From Mobula hypostoma (taxonomy: Eukaryota), in assembly GCF_963921235.1 (NCBI RefSeq), contig NC_086097.1, positions 62,932,001 through 62,996,000 of the forward strand: a DNA stretch of 64,000 nucleotides, written 5' to 3'. The notes beneath the pieces were generated by a model. The model was given only the letters and a program-made list of their open reading frames with translations, ran no database searches and was not told the origin of the DNA. Positions 24,344 through 35,989 of the stretch are shown one piece after another. Made by a program: the position numbers and the translations under genes. The stretch's first letter is position 1, and every line of letters starts with the position of its first letter.

Positions 24344-25562
24344 TCAAAACAAATAAGGATTTAACTGCTGCAGCTTTAAACGGGTCTAACCAAAAAAATT
24401 AATAAGTGATAGTAAAGCAGAATTTCTAAATCTGTAATGACTTTCCATACCTTCTGAATTGAGAGATTTCAGTATTGACAACTTTCAGTACCCTCTCTCA
24501 GGGTTGCAAGCTTAATTCAATGAACTCACAGCCAATCTGTTGGTTGAACTGTTGATGATGCCAATGATATTTACCACCTGGTCACTGACCAGGTCTTCCC
24601 TCTCCAACCACAGTACTGTCACAACCAGCGGGCTGTATTTTTTTTAAGGACATCCCCTGCTGGCTATTATAAGAAAGTACTCTATCTTCTTTCTTTTTCT
24701 ACAGCTAAAGTTCACACTTGACCACATCCACCCATCTTTTACTCATGAGCGCAAATTGTGCTTGCAAAGTCTCCGGGCCATCTCGCCTAGAGTATGGGAA
24801 AGCTTCACTCAACTAATGTTACCATGCCTCTGTTTCAGCTTTGTGCTTGTTTCAGGACAAATCAATAGATCACAGATCTACAATCACATTATGCTCCACG
24901 TGAGGAAGTGCAGTGGGTGATTCTTCATATCTGCTTTTACACCATTGATATGATATTGAAACGATGGCACATGATTAACACACCAACCAAGCTCCAGCAG
25001 TTGATTTTATTACATGAGGTTGGCTTGGGTTGGTACTGGCTTAGTACTGTCACATGCATTGAGGTTCAATGAAACACTTAGTTTTGCAAGCCATCCATAC
25101 AGATCAATTCAGAACATAAATACATTTTTGTAATACAAGGGAAAAACAGTCATAGAATGCAGAATAGAGCATTACTGTTGCAGATACAGAGAAAGTGCCG
25201 TGCAAGTAGACAATAAGATTATATGAAATTAATCCAACATGAAAATGACTGAAGTATCCTATCCCTCACATCAACACCAGAGAATTGCCTGGGATGCTGC
25301 TCTCCCATCAGAGGGTTTCAAGCTGCTGACATGAGATGCTCAGAACTGTATGGCCTCATTGAAGATTTGCCAACAGCAGAGCCATTGCTGAAAATCATGA
25401 CTGACCATTACCTGTAAACTAGAGTAAGGAAAACCAGAATGCCTGCAGTGTTTACGAAAGCAGCTTACTACTATCTATCTCCCCAAGGTCTGTTGAGGAT
25501 GGACAGTAGATACAGTCCATAAGACCATAAGACAAAGGAGCAGAAGTAGGCCATTCGGCCCA

Positions 25563-26013
25563 TGAATATCAAATGAAGCATTTCCCAGATCGATATCACA
25601 ACCGTAGATTTGGCAGCGCAGTAGATCAGGCAATTGTGCTCGTGATTATGCACATGTCAGCTAATTATTATTTTATTGTGATAGTATTTGACTCCATTCC
25701 TTCGGTTGTAGTATTTGTTCGAGACTTGGACACAGTAACGTTTTGCTGCTTGCATTTCTCCTTGCCTGAGAAATTGGACTGTCGGGTCAACTGACTCTGA
25801 AAGCTAGCGATATTCATTTTATTCTTAGTTGTTTCTTTCAGCCGCAGTGTAGGCTTGGTTTTCCATTTGAGAGTTTTAGTTAACGGCCCTGTTTGGCCTA
25901 CTGTTTATTGTTTTCTTTTCCCTTTAATATTGTTCACATTAAAGTCTGTGAACTGTCGACCTGCTTCAGTGTCTCTCACTCCGCATTTGGGCCATATCCC
26001 GAACCTAGTGACC
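25563..26013 (+). mobile_element. Probable LTR fragment (U3-R-U5-like)
   Basis: CpG-richer, T-rich block with ATTAAA at about 25938 and a ...CTAGTGAC end. Sits directly after a short minus-strand CR1 tail (25515-25562). Termini are imperfect. Confidence 0.45.
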
Positions 26014-26835
26014 ATCGACACCAAAAGGAACTTCAGTATCTTCACACATCCCCGAACTTCACCATTTTTTCATCCAAAAATTTGAAACTAACTTTCGTGT
26101 TCTTAAACTCAAAGAATCAGAAACAAAACACTCAAACACGAGTGTTTTCAGCTACATCATTTAAGAAGAACTTACACAAGCATTTGAAACATCAAAGGCT
26201 ATGGGCCAAATGCTAAGGAAATTAAGTCAGTATAGATAGGCATTTATGCAAAACATAGAACAGTACAGAAGAACTCATACAAAATAAGTATAATTACCAC
26301 TGCTTACCTTCTTGATCAAAGGCATGATATTTGCTACTCTCCAGTCCTCTGGGTCTTTACTTGCTGCTAGGGAAGGCATAAAAATCCTTGGCAAAGCCCC
26401 AGCAATCCTTTTATTGCTGCTTTCAATATTCTGCATTATAACAATCATGCCTGAGGACTTCAATGCTTTTCAAAAGTCCCAGTACTATCCCATCCTTAAA
26501 CTCAATATATCCAAACACGCCACACTTTGTTTTCACTATCCTCCCAAATATTTCTCTGTAAATACCATTGCACCAACGCCAAGCACAAATACCCTCCTTT
26601 GTCCTTAAGTAGAGCTACCCTCTCCTTAGCAATCTTATTTTCCTTAATATAACTATTAAATATTTTGGGATTATCCTTGTTCCTGTTTGCTAAGGATATT
26701 TCATGGCCTTGGTAATCACCTGCTTGAGCACTTTCCTGCAATCTTCATTTTCCACAGGAGTCCAGATTGATTTTACTTTCTTAAATCTTATGTCCACTTT
26801 CTGACTAAATTTAAGCCTTCTTGGATCATCCAACA

Positions 26836-26933
26836 TTCCTGCCAAAGGGTCTCGGCCCGAAATGTCAACTGTATTTTTTTCCATGGATACTGCCTGGCCT
26901 GCTGAGTTCCTCCAGCATTTTGTGTGTGTTGCT
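26836..26933 (+). mobile_element. Penelope-like pLTR (about 100 bp) nested in CR1
   Basis: CCTGCCAAAGGGTCTCGGCCCGAAATGTCAACTG...CAGCATTTTGTGTGTGTTGCT. Confidence 0.85.
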
Positions 26934-27604
26934 TTGCCTTACCTTGCCATTTTTGTCCTTACTTCCTACTGGATCATGCCAATCCTGCATTCTGCTCAGC
27001 TGCTCTTCAAACAAATCCCAGACGCTAGACATGAACTTGTCCGATAGCAGCTGCTCGCAGTCAGCCCTGCTTAGCTCCTGTCTTATCCTGTCATAATTTG
27101 CCCTCCCCCAATTTAGTACCTTACCACAAGGTCCAATTTTGTCCTTACTCATAACTATCTTAGAATATAATGAGTTGTGATCAGTATTCCCAAAATATTC
27201 ACTAACTATCAGGTCTGTCACCTGGACTGTCTCATTTCCCAAAAATAGGCTCAGTATGCTCTGTCTGCTTGTTACACTTTCCACATACTGCTTCAAGAAC
27301 CCCTCTTCGATGCACTGAAGAAGAAGCAGCCAATCTAATTTTTTTTTGTATCAAGTAGGTTAAAATCAATACTGAAGTCACCCACTTTGACAACCCTGTT
27401 GCCTCTACGCCTTTTTATCTGTTCCTCCACCCCTTGGTGGCTATTGGGGCCCTATAGTTTAATCCAATTGGGGATAATTGCACCTTTCTTATATCTGAGC
27501 TCCATCCAAACTGCAACTGTAGGTGAGTCCTCCCCTATATCCTCTCTGAGTATTGCTGTGACACTTTGCCGTATCACTCGCGTAACCCATCCACCTCTTT
27601 TTTT

Positions 27605-28203
27605 TAGATTATGAGGACACACAGTCCTCTTTTATTGTCATTTAGTAATGCATGCATTAAGAAATGATACAATATTCCTCCGGTGTGATATCACAGAAAC
27701 ACAGGACAGACCAAGACTGAAAAACTAACAAAAACCACATGATTATAACATATAGTTACAACAGTGCAACAATACCATAACTTGACGAAGAACAGGCCAT
27801 GGCACAGTAAAAGAGTTCAAAGTCTCTCGAAAGACCCACATCTCACGGAGCCGGGAGAAGGAAGAAAACTCTCCGTGCCATGCCCGACCACAGTCCGACT
27901 CGAAGTCATCCGAAAACTTCGAGCTCCGCTCAGCCCTCCGATACCAAGTACCGAGCACCACCTCTATCAGAACGCTTTGACCTCAGCCTCGGCTGCCAGC
28001 AGCAGGCAAAGCCGGGGATTTTGGGGCCTTCCCTTCGGAGATTCTCGACCGCACAGTAGCAGCGGCAGCGAACCGGCATTTCAGAAATTTCTCCAGATGT
28101 TCCTCTGTGCTTTCACGTCTGTCTCCATCAAATCAGAATTGTCCATAGCCGCTATTTAACAGATACGATATCATTTCACCGGAGAGCTGCGCGCACTGCC
28201 ATT
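27605..28203 (-). mobile_element. Non-autonomous non-LTR retroelement (SINE-like), copy 1
   Basis: On the minus strand it starts AAATGGCAGTGCGCGC and ends AATAAAA-GAGGAC TGTGT GTCCTC-ATAATCTAA. Homologous to 29028-29540. CpG-rich and non-coding. Confidence 0.75.
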
Positions 28204-29027
28204 TTCTCCTTCCGCTTTTTACTTCGCTTTCCATCAAGTGTATAAGAACAAAACCCAGAAAGGTTGAGTTGCCAGTACTAACCCTCATGAAACTAGGTCT
28301 CTGTAATGGTAACAACATCATAATTATATGTACTGATCCAGTCTCTAAGTTCATCCTCCTTATCCATAATACATACCTCAGCCCATCAGTCCCACCATAT
28401 ACAGTATGTTAGCTTACCCCCTGTTATCCTTCCCTTCAGTCTTACTTGTCACACCATCTTTCTTGCCCTCAACCCACGCAGTGATGCAGTGAACAATTCA
28501 TGCAGAGAGGCATTTCACAGTTGACATGGACACAATGGCCAAATTTCTCGATAAAGAATATCACTTCATCTCCTGAAAAAGGCCACACGTGATATCTGTG
28601 ATATAGATTCCATGCTATATTAATAATAAAGAAGAACTTAAAAAAGGGTGCACCTAAAGGCGAAAGGAAACGTTTCTCTACAGATGTGGACCCAACTCAC
28701 TTCTATGATACCAAAATTAAATGCAATCCATCCAAATTCAATCAAACGAAATTTGAGGTAATGTAGAAGAGAAAGGAGCTAAAAGGTATTTCCTAACCCA
28801 AAACTCAGTGTTTCTACGGTGGCCCTGATCTCCAAAGGCTCCCCAGTCATTCCAGTCTCGGCCTTCTTACCAGCTCATGTTCAGTTATCCCCACCACACC
28901 ACACCCCCCCCCCACTGCTTACTACCTGCATGATGACGAAATCCTCAGCTCTGCTGAAGAGGTTTTATTATTGTGAGGTCCTGTGATAGATTTCTGGCTT
29001 TTTATGTCTAAATTACTCTGATTTTAT

Positions 29028-29540
29028 ATTAGATTAGATTATGAGGACACTCAGTCCTTGTTTATTGTCATTTAGAAATGCATGCATTAAAAAATGATAC
29101 AATGTTCCTCCAGAAAGATTTCACAGAAACACAGGACAAACAAAGACTAAAACTGACAAAACTACACAATTATAACATATAGTTACAACAGTGCAAAGCA
29201 ATACTATAATTTGATAAAGAGCAGACCATGGGCACAGTAAAAAATAGTCTCAAGTCCTGATAGCCCCATCATCTCACGCAGATGGTAGAGGGGAGAAAAT
29301 CTCCCAGCCATGAACTCCAAACGCCGCAAACTTGCTGATGTATTGGAAGCACTGGACCGCAGCCGACTCTGGGTCCGCCCGAAAACTTCGAGCCTCCAAC
29401 ACCGAGCTCCGAGCACCATCTCTACCGAGCGCCTCGACCCCGGCCCCGGCCACCAAGCAACAAGCAAAGCCGAGGACTCGGGGTCTTCCCCTCTGGAGAT
29501 TCTGGATCGCACAGTAGTAGCGACAGCGAAGCAGGCTGAT
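29028..29540 (-). mobile_element. Non-autonomous non-LTR retroelement (SINE-like), copy 2, 5'-truncated
   Basis: Shares the 3' ~200 bp and internal blocks with 27605-28203. Tail (ATCTA)n. Confidence 0.75.
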
Positions 29541-29699
29541 TTTTTTGCGATAACCTCCATAGAAAATTAAGTACAGAGTTCTGGAACTTCTATATTATTT
29601 TATATATTTTATATTCATGCCAGATTGTGTTCTGACTTTGTTTCAAGAACCTTTTATGCCATCTTTTACCCAATTTCTTTCTTTTAAGCTAATTGGGTA

Positions 29700-30075
29700 T
29701 TGATGCTACAGTGTTCACTGAGCTTGGCAATTAGCTTGCTGACGTTTTGTCACCAGTTGAGGTGACATCCTCAGTGAACAGTCGTTAGTGTTTGCACACA
29801 TTTACATACGCTTCCATTTGCATGCCTCAGTCCTGATTGGTTACCCGTTCAGTTAACCTGTGAATTCTAATAGCTCATTTTTCTTTGGCTCTTAGGTGTT
29901 CATAGATGGCATCTATTTCGATATGTTTGTTTACAGAGTTGTCAGAAGAGATTACGAATGCATATTGCCAAATAATTGTGCCATTTACAGAGATACAAGT
30001 TTGGATATGTATTTTGCAGTATGGTTATATCTTTGCAAAGGTGCATGCCATTTGGCTACCAGTAATGACTTAACA
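29700..30075 (-). mobile_element. Poseidon-type Penelope-like element 3' relic with hammerhead remnant
   Basis: Minus strand encodes SDNSVNKHIEIDAIYE (resembles the PLE C-terminal SINKHIxLDPIY motif). It is followed by CTGAGGA T GTCACC TCAACT GGTGAC AAAA CGTC at 29774-29741. Confidence 0.65.
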
Positions 30076-30290
30076 CTAGTGGCTTAATTTTTTTTAAAAT
30101 ACTGCACTACTGCGGATAAGCAGTGAACTAATATTCGCTGGAACCTTTGTCACTGCATAGCTGTGTGACCAGTGCAAAGAGTCCAGGTGAACCCAAGGAA
30201 CCTATGTACTTCAGTATTTTATTACTGATCATTACGGTGACACTGTCCATCGTTACCTCATCAGAATATTCATGAAAACATCAACCTACA

Positions 30291-30953
30291 TGTACGGGGT
30301 CTTTCTTTTTTTGTTAAATTTAAAATGGCTTCTTTTGTTATGTTATACTGGGGAATGCTGAGACAGTCTCTAACTAGACAGTTGCTTGGGTTATTATAGA
30401 TAGCAGGGTGCTATTAGCCAATGGGTGGTCATGTGTCGTTTTGTTTTCAGATACCATGCTGTATCATATGACTGTGGACGGGGTTTTGGCGGAGAGTCGG
30501 AGGAGAGACGAGGAGGACGGTGGACGGGGGTTTTGGCGGAGAGTCGGAGGAGAGACGGGGAGGACGGTGGACGGGGGTTTTGGCAGGGAGTCGGAGGAGA
30601 GACGGGGAGGATGGCGGACGTGCAGAGAGGCTCCAGTCGATCACTTCAGGTGGTCCTGAGCCGTGAGTCGACAGGATTCGGGTGGTCGTCAGGAATCGAT
30701 TGAGCTCCAACGGTTGCGCGTGAAGAACTTTGACTTTTTTTTCATTACTTTCCTTTCTGTATCGAATTTATATTAATGTCATAGAATTAGTAATATCTAT
30801 AAAGTGTGCTTGTTAAAATTTACTGGGTGTGCTGGCTGATGATTGATGTTTGGGATTGATTCGGGCGGCAACCGACCCTGTGGGGAGTGTTGAGGCCGGT
30901 GCTGGGTGGGATTTCCCCTAGACATATACGAGCCAATATAACGGAATGTTACA
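30291..30953 (+). mobile_element. Solo LTR, 663 bp, with internal 47-bp minisatellite
   Basis: Termini TGTA...TACA. 4-bp TSD TACA at 30287-30290 and 30954-30957. CCAAT at about 30418 and TATAAA at about 30798. Strand is tentative. Confidence 0.8.
30474..30613. repeat. Three-copy 46-47 bp G-rich tandem repeat
   Basis: Unit GTGGACGGGG(G)TTTTGGCGGAGAGTCGGAGGAGAGACGGGGAGGACG starting at 30474, 30520 and 30567. Confidence 0.95.
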
Positions 30954-32090
30954 TACATATCAAGAGTTGCTTTGTACTTCTCATATTAGAGAATATTTTA
31001 AAGTGTGAAATTCAACTCCAGATGAAAATAATGATGAAACATGTTACAACTTTCTAGGTCTGCCCTCCAGGAAACCTTGAAACAAAAACAAAGTAAAGAC
31101 TGCAAACCACAATGGAAATGCACCAAGTGAGAAAGGAAAATTAATGTTTCTGGTATAAGTCGTTTTGATATAGGAATACAATACCTTTAAAGTATTGTAC
31201 TGAACTATTTGCCTCTTGAAACTGCATCAAACACTGGATCATCAATCTTTCTGTATAAAAATGTACTTGGATGATGATCTTTGTTGGAATTCATTTTTTT
31301 ATTTTCATAATTGTCCATAATCACAAGCAATACAAGGCAATCAGGAAACAATTAATCAACATAGTTTAATAAAGTATATAATTAGCCAAGTTTCATCTAA
31401 AATTAGTTCCCATATTGGACATCAAATCATCCACTGAGGTTAGACTCTACTTATCAGGAGTACATTCACTTTAGTGGAAGTAATATCTCTGTCTCTGCTT
31501 TACAGGTCTGTTCTACAGAAGCCTTTGACCTTTAGTCTACACATGCCAAGTATTTTGAACTTTACAAAACCTCACTGAAATAATTTAATTTTTGACTTTG
31601 TCATTTTTATTGCTGTAAACTTTCCTCATCTATTTATGAAAAGTTCAAATTTTTGATTTATATTCTCAGACTGGCATAAGAAGCAAGAATATTTTTCATA
31701 TCTGAAAAGTTCATGAAATGATCTTCATGGCTATAAAATGAAATGAAACTGTCAACAGCTTAGCAGTTAACCTGAAGCTGTATCCGATCTGCACTTCACA
31801 AGTGAAAAGGTCAAAACACTTTGCAGTGGATTAGAGACCTCAGGGCTCTGCACCCAGTCAACAATGGAAAAATACCACGAGCACAGATTGAAAGACGAGC
31901 ACCACTGGCTAAAGCTGGGGTTTCATCATGTGTTGCATAGATACACAAATAATGAAAGGCTGCATTATTTTTAGCCAAAGTTGGAATACTAAGCATTCAG
32001 TAGTTCAAACAAGGCACAGAGTTTCTAAGCAACATACATCAAAGTTGCTGGTGAACGCAGCAGGCCAGGCAGCATCTATAGGAAGAGGCG

Positions 32091-32128
32091 CAGTCGACGT
32101 TTCAGGCCGAGACCCTTCGTCAGGACTA
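32091..32128 (-). ncRNA. Minimal type I hammerhead ribozyme in the PLE pLTR
   Basis: RNA reads UAGUC CUGACGA AGG GUCUCGG CCU GAAA CGUC^GACUG. Core CUGANGA and GAAA intact, stem I UAGUC/GACUG, stem II AGG/CCU, palindromic ACGU stem III, GUC cleavage triplet. Confidence 0.85.
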
Positions 32129-32419
32129 ACTGAAGGAAGAGTGAGTAAGGGATTTGAAAGCTGGAGGGGGAGGGGGAGATGCAAAATGATAGGAGAAGAC
32201 AGGAGGGGGAGGGATAGAGCCGAGAGCTGGACAGGTGATAGGCAAAAGGGGATACGAGAGGATCATGGGACAGGAGGCCTAGGGAGAAAGACGGGGGGGG
32301 GTGACCCAGAGGATGGGCAAGAGGTATATTCAGAGGGACAGAGGGAGAAAAAGGAGAGTGAGAGAAAGAATGTGTGCATAAAAATAAGTAACAGATGGGG
32401 TACGAGGGGGAGGTGGGGC

Positions 32420-35400
32420 CTAGCGGAAGTTAGAGAAGTCGATGTTCATGCCATCAGGTTGGAGGCTACCCAGACGGAATATAAGGTGTTGTTCCTCCAA
32501 CCTGAGTGTGGCTTCATCTTTACAGTAGAGGAGGCCGTGGATAGACATGTCAGAATGGGAATGGGATGTGGAATTAAAATGTGTGGCCACTGGGAGATCC
32601 TGCTTTCTCTGGCGGACAGAGCGTAGATGTTCAGCAAAGCGGTCTCCCAGTCTGCGTCGGGTCTCACCAATATATAAAAGGCCACATCGGGAGCACCGGA
32701 CGCAGTATATCACCCCAGTCGACTCACAGGTGAAGTGATGCCTCACCTGGAAGGACTGTTTGGGGCCCTGAATGGTGGTAAGGGAGGAAGTGTAAGGGCA
32801 TGTGTAGCACTTGTTCCGCTTACACGGATAAGTGCCAGGAGGGAGATCAGTGGGGAGGGATGGGGGGGACGAATGGACAAGGGAGTTGTGTAGGGAGCGA
32901 TCCCTGCGGAATGCAGAGAGAGGGGGGGAGGGAAAGATGTGCTTAGTGGTGGGATCCCGTTGGAGGTGGCGGAAGTTACGGAGAATAATATGTTGGACCC
33001 GGAGGCTGGTGGGGTGGTAGGTGAGGACCAGTGGAACCCTATTCCTAGTGGGGTGGTGGGAGGATGGAGTGAGAGCAGATGTACGTGAAATGGAGGAGAT
33101 GCGTTTAAGAGCAGAGTTGATAGTGGAGGAAGGGAAGCCCCTTTCTTTAAAAAATGAAGACATCTCCCTCGTCCTAGAATGAAAAGCCTCATCCTGAGAG
33201 CAGATGCAGCGGAGACGGAGGAATTGCGAGAAGGGGATGGCGTTTTTGCAAGAGACAGGGTGAGAAGAGGAATAGTCCAGATAGCTGTGAGAGTCAGTAG
33301 GCTTATAGTAGATATCAGTGGATAAGCTGTCTCCAGAGACAGAGACAGAAAGATCTAGAAAGGGGAGGGAGGTGTCGGAAATAGACCAGGTAAACTTGAG
33401 GGCAGGGTGAAAGTTGGAGGCAAAGTTAATAAAGTCAACGAGTTCTGCATGCGTGCAGGAAACAGCGCCAATGCAGTCTTCGATATAGCGAAGGAAAAGT
33501 GGGGGACAGATACCAGAATAGGCATGGAACATAGATTGTTCCACAAACCCAACAAAAAGGCAGGCATAGCTAGGACCCATACGGGTGCCCATAGCTACAC
33601 CTTTAGTTTGGAGGAAATGGGAGGAGCAAAAGGAGAAATTATTAAGAGTAAGGACTAATTCCGCTAGACGGAGCAGAGTGGTGGTAGAGGGGAACTGATT
33701 AGGTCTGGAATCCAAAAAGAAGCGTAGAGCTTTGAGACCTTCCTGATGGGGGATGGAAGTATATAAGGACTGGACATCCATGGTGAAAATAAAGCGGTGG
33801 GGGCCAGGGAACTTAAAATCATCGAAAAGTTTAAGAGCGTGAGAAGTGTCACGAACATAGGTCGGAAGGGATTGAACAAGGGGTGATAAAACAGTGTCGA
33901 GGTATGCAGAAACGAGTTCGGTGGGGCAGGAGCAAGCTGAGACAATAGGTCGGTCAGGACAGGCAGGTTTGTGGATCTTGGGTAGGAGGTAGAAACGGGA
34001 AGTGCGGGGTGTGGGAACTATAAGGTTGGTAGCAGTGGATGGGAGATCCCCTGAGCGGATAAAGTCGTTGATAGTGTGGGAGACAATGGCCTGGTGCTCC
34101 TTGGTGGGGTCACGATCGAGGGGTAAATAAGAGGAGATATCCGCGAGTTGTCGCTGTGCCTCGGCAAGGTAGAGGTCAGTACGCCAGACTACAACAGCAC
34201 CCCCTTTATCAGCGGGTTTAATAATAAGGTTAGGATTAGTGCGGAGGGAGTGGAGAGCAGAGCGTTCCGAAGGAGTGAGGTTGGAATGGGGACAAGGTGC
34301 GGTGAAGTCGAGACGGTTGATGTCCCGTCGGCAGTTAGCAATAAAGAGATCCAGAGCAGGCAGAAGACCAGAGCGGGGTGTCCATGAAGAAGAGGAGGGT
34401 TGAAGACGGGAGAAGGGGGTCATCGGTGGGGGTGGAAGAGTCCTTGCCGAAGAAGTAGGCTCGGAGACGGAGACGGCGGAAGAAAAGTTCCGCATCGTGG
34501 CGAACACTGAATTCGCTGAGGTGTGGGCGAAGGGGGACAAACGTGAGGCCCTTACTGAGAACAGAGCGTTCTGCCTCCGACTGTTGAAGGTCGGAGGGGA
34601 TGGTAAAGACCCGGCACGGATGGGAGCTGGGATCAGAGGGGGGAGGGGGGAGGCTGGTGGTGTCAATGGAGAGGGGAGGGTTGGGGTGAGAGGAAGATGG
34701 AGCCTCTGAGGGCCCAGGAGTTGACGGTGGGATCTGAGGAAGACGGGGCTGCCGAGTGGTGGTGGGGAAAGGGGAGACGGGAGTCACAACAGCAGCACAT
34801 AAAGACCCGGCCTGGAGTTCAAGGCTGGAGTCACAGTTGGTGGTTGTGCAATCGCTGTGAAGGTGTCCATGGTCGTTGCTGGAGTCCGGGTTTTGAATAT
34901 GCCCTGAGGTGTTGGAGCCGCCGAGATCAATGGCAGGCGCCGCAATTGAAAGTTCATGCCTGCTAGCGTCGGGGCCGGCAGGCTCTGGAGTCCGTAGATG
35001 TAAGATCTTACGATCTTTGCCTAACATGACAAAGTCAAAAAAACGGCGATTGCAGGCGTGGATCCGACGGAGGATGAAATAGCGGGTAGGACCATTACAG
35101 ACGGCGAAGAAAGTGTCCCGAAGGTGTGGAAGGGTCTGGGATAGGGACACCAAGTACCTCCTCATGGCGGAGAGCGTCGCCTTCAGAGCTTGACGGGAGA
35201 AGCGGCGAGAGGCAGAGTCAATAAAATGTGAGTACCTGGGATCCTCAGAAGGTCCAAATTGAGAGGCTTGGAAACGAATCCTAAAGCCAACTGGAGTAAG
35301 TTGGCGACGGAGGCACGTTCCAAGAAAGGATACATGGCAGTGATAGCGAGTCTGAGTCAAAATGTGGTCGAAAAGTTGAAGAGCCGAAGAAATTACAGAT

Positions 35401-35474
35401 GGGGAGCAGTGAGAGATGGTTTCACTGAACTCCCGTCGAAGAGAGGATCTAAACTTCTTCGGTGTAGGCATCAC
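32420..35474 (-). pseudogene. PLE polyprotein (N-terminal domain, RT, Cys-rich linker, GIY-YIG endonuclease), about 1017 aa if one frameshift is repaired
   Basis: HVSFLGTCLRRQLTPVG; SEAERSVLSKGLTFVP; IIKPADKGGAVVV; FYLLPKIHK; MDVQSLYTSIP; QTKGVAMGT; FLRYIED (YIDD to YIED); CKRNKCYTC; VIYCVRCSRCGLLYIGETRR. ORFs 34335-35474 and 32420-34666 join at an extra C in GATGACCCCCTTC (about 34415-34420). Confidence 0.93.
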
Positions 35475-35989
35475 CAGAAGAGGCTTCGCAGTAGTGAATT
35501 TCTAAGGTTAACTTTCTTCTTTCTTGTAAATGATTCTGAAGATTACTGTTTATTTGGCTTGACATATAAGAAAACAATCAAGTTCCAAAGGCATGGTAGT
35601 AGTTTCAGTAATGGAAGGGCTGAGGTAATGTTAGCAATAAAAGGTGAAAATAGATTTTCCTGGAGGTAAGCTGGATAAGTGACCAGTTTGTCATTCCCAA
35701 GAATGAGCAGTAACACCAGTATCTAGGACAGCTGGGTTTAACTTGAATGATCAGAGAGGATAGCAGATTTAATGGTAAACGCTGAGGGAACCATCTTTGC
35801 TCAAAGCATTCTTATCCTTTGAGTATTTTGATGGATTGTTGAACACTGCAAATTATCCCTAAACAATCTAAATAAGAGCTATTCACTGTCAAGAATCAGT
35901 GAAGAATACAATTAAAGCAAAGAATTAAACTACTTTTTCTCCTGCCTGCATCCATGTCTCCCCAATGTTTTCTGGCCACAATTTAAAGT

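Larger units (their letters stand above)
26270..28380 (-). mobile_element. Decayed CR1 LINE ORF2 hosting two nested insertions
   Basis: PEDWRVANIMPLIKK, KDNPKIFNSYIK, FGNTDHNSL, VLNWGRANYDRIRQELSRAD. Confidence 0.8.
32030..35498 (-). mobile_element. Near-complete Penelope-like retroelement (Neptune type)
   Basis: RT plus GIY-YIG ORF, pyrimidine-rich 3' region and pLTR with hammerhead. Flanked by the direct repeat TTTCTAAG at 32022-32029 and 35499-35506. Confidence 0.95.

Noticed and set aside
27764..29570. 131, 118 and 86 aa ORFs
   Set aside because: They lie within the two SINE-like copies and the frames are not conserved between copies.
30474..30613. CRISPR-like repeat array
   Set aside because: The units are contiguous with no unique spacers, the context is a eukaryotic LTR, and there are no cas genes.
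31928..32626. 232-aa plus-strand ORF
   Set aside because: Antisense to the PLE 3' end and its pyrimidine-rich tract. G/R/E-rich shadow translation with no domain; the same artefact is seen at 48548-48835.
34335..34666. Programmed frameshift between two PLE ORFs
   Set aside because: PLEs normally have one ORF. A single extra C in a homopolymer explains the break, and no canonical slippery heptamer is evident.
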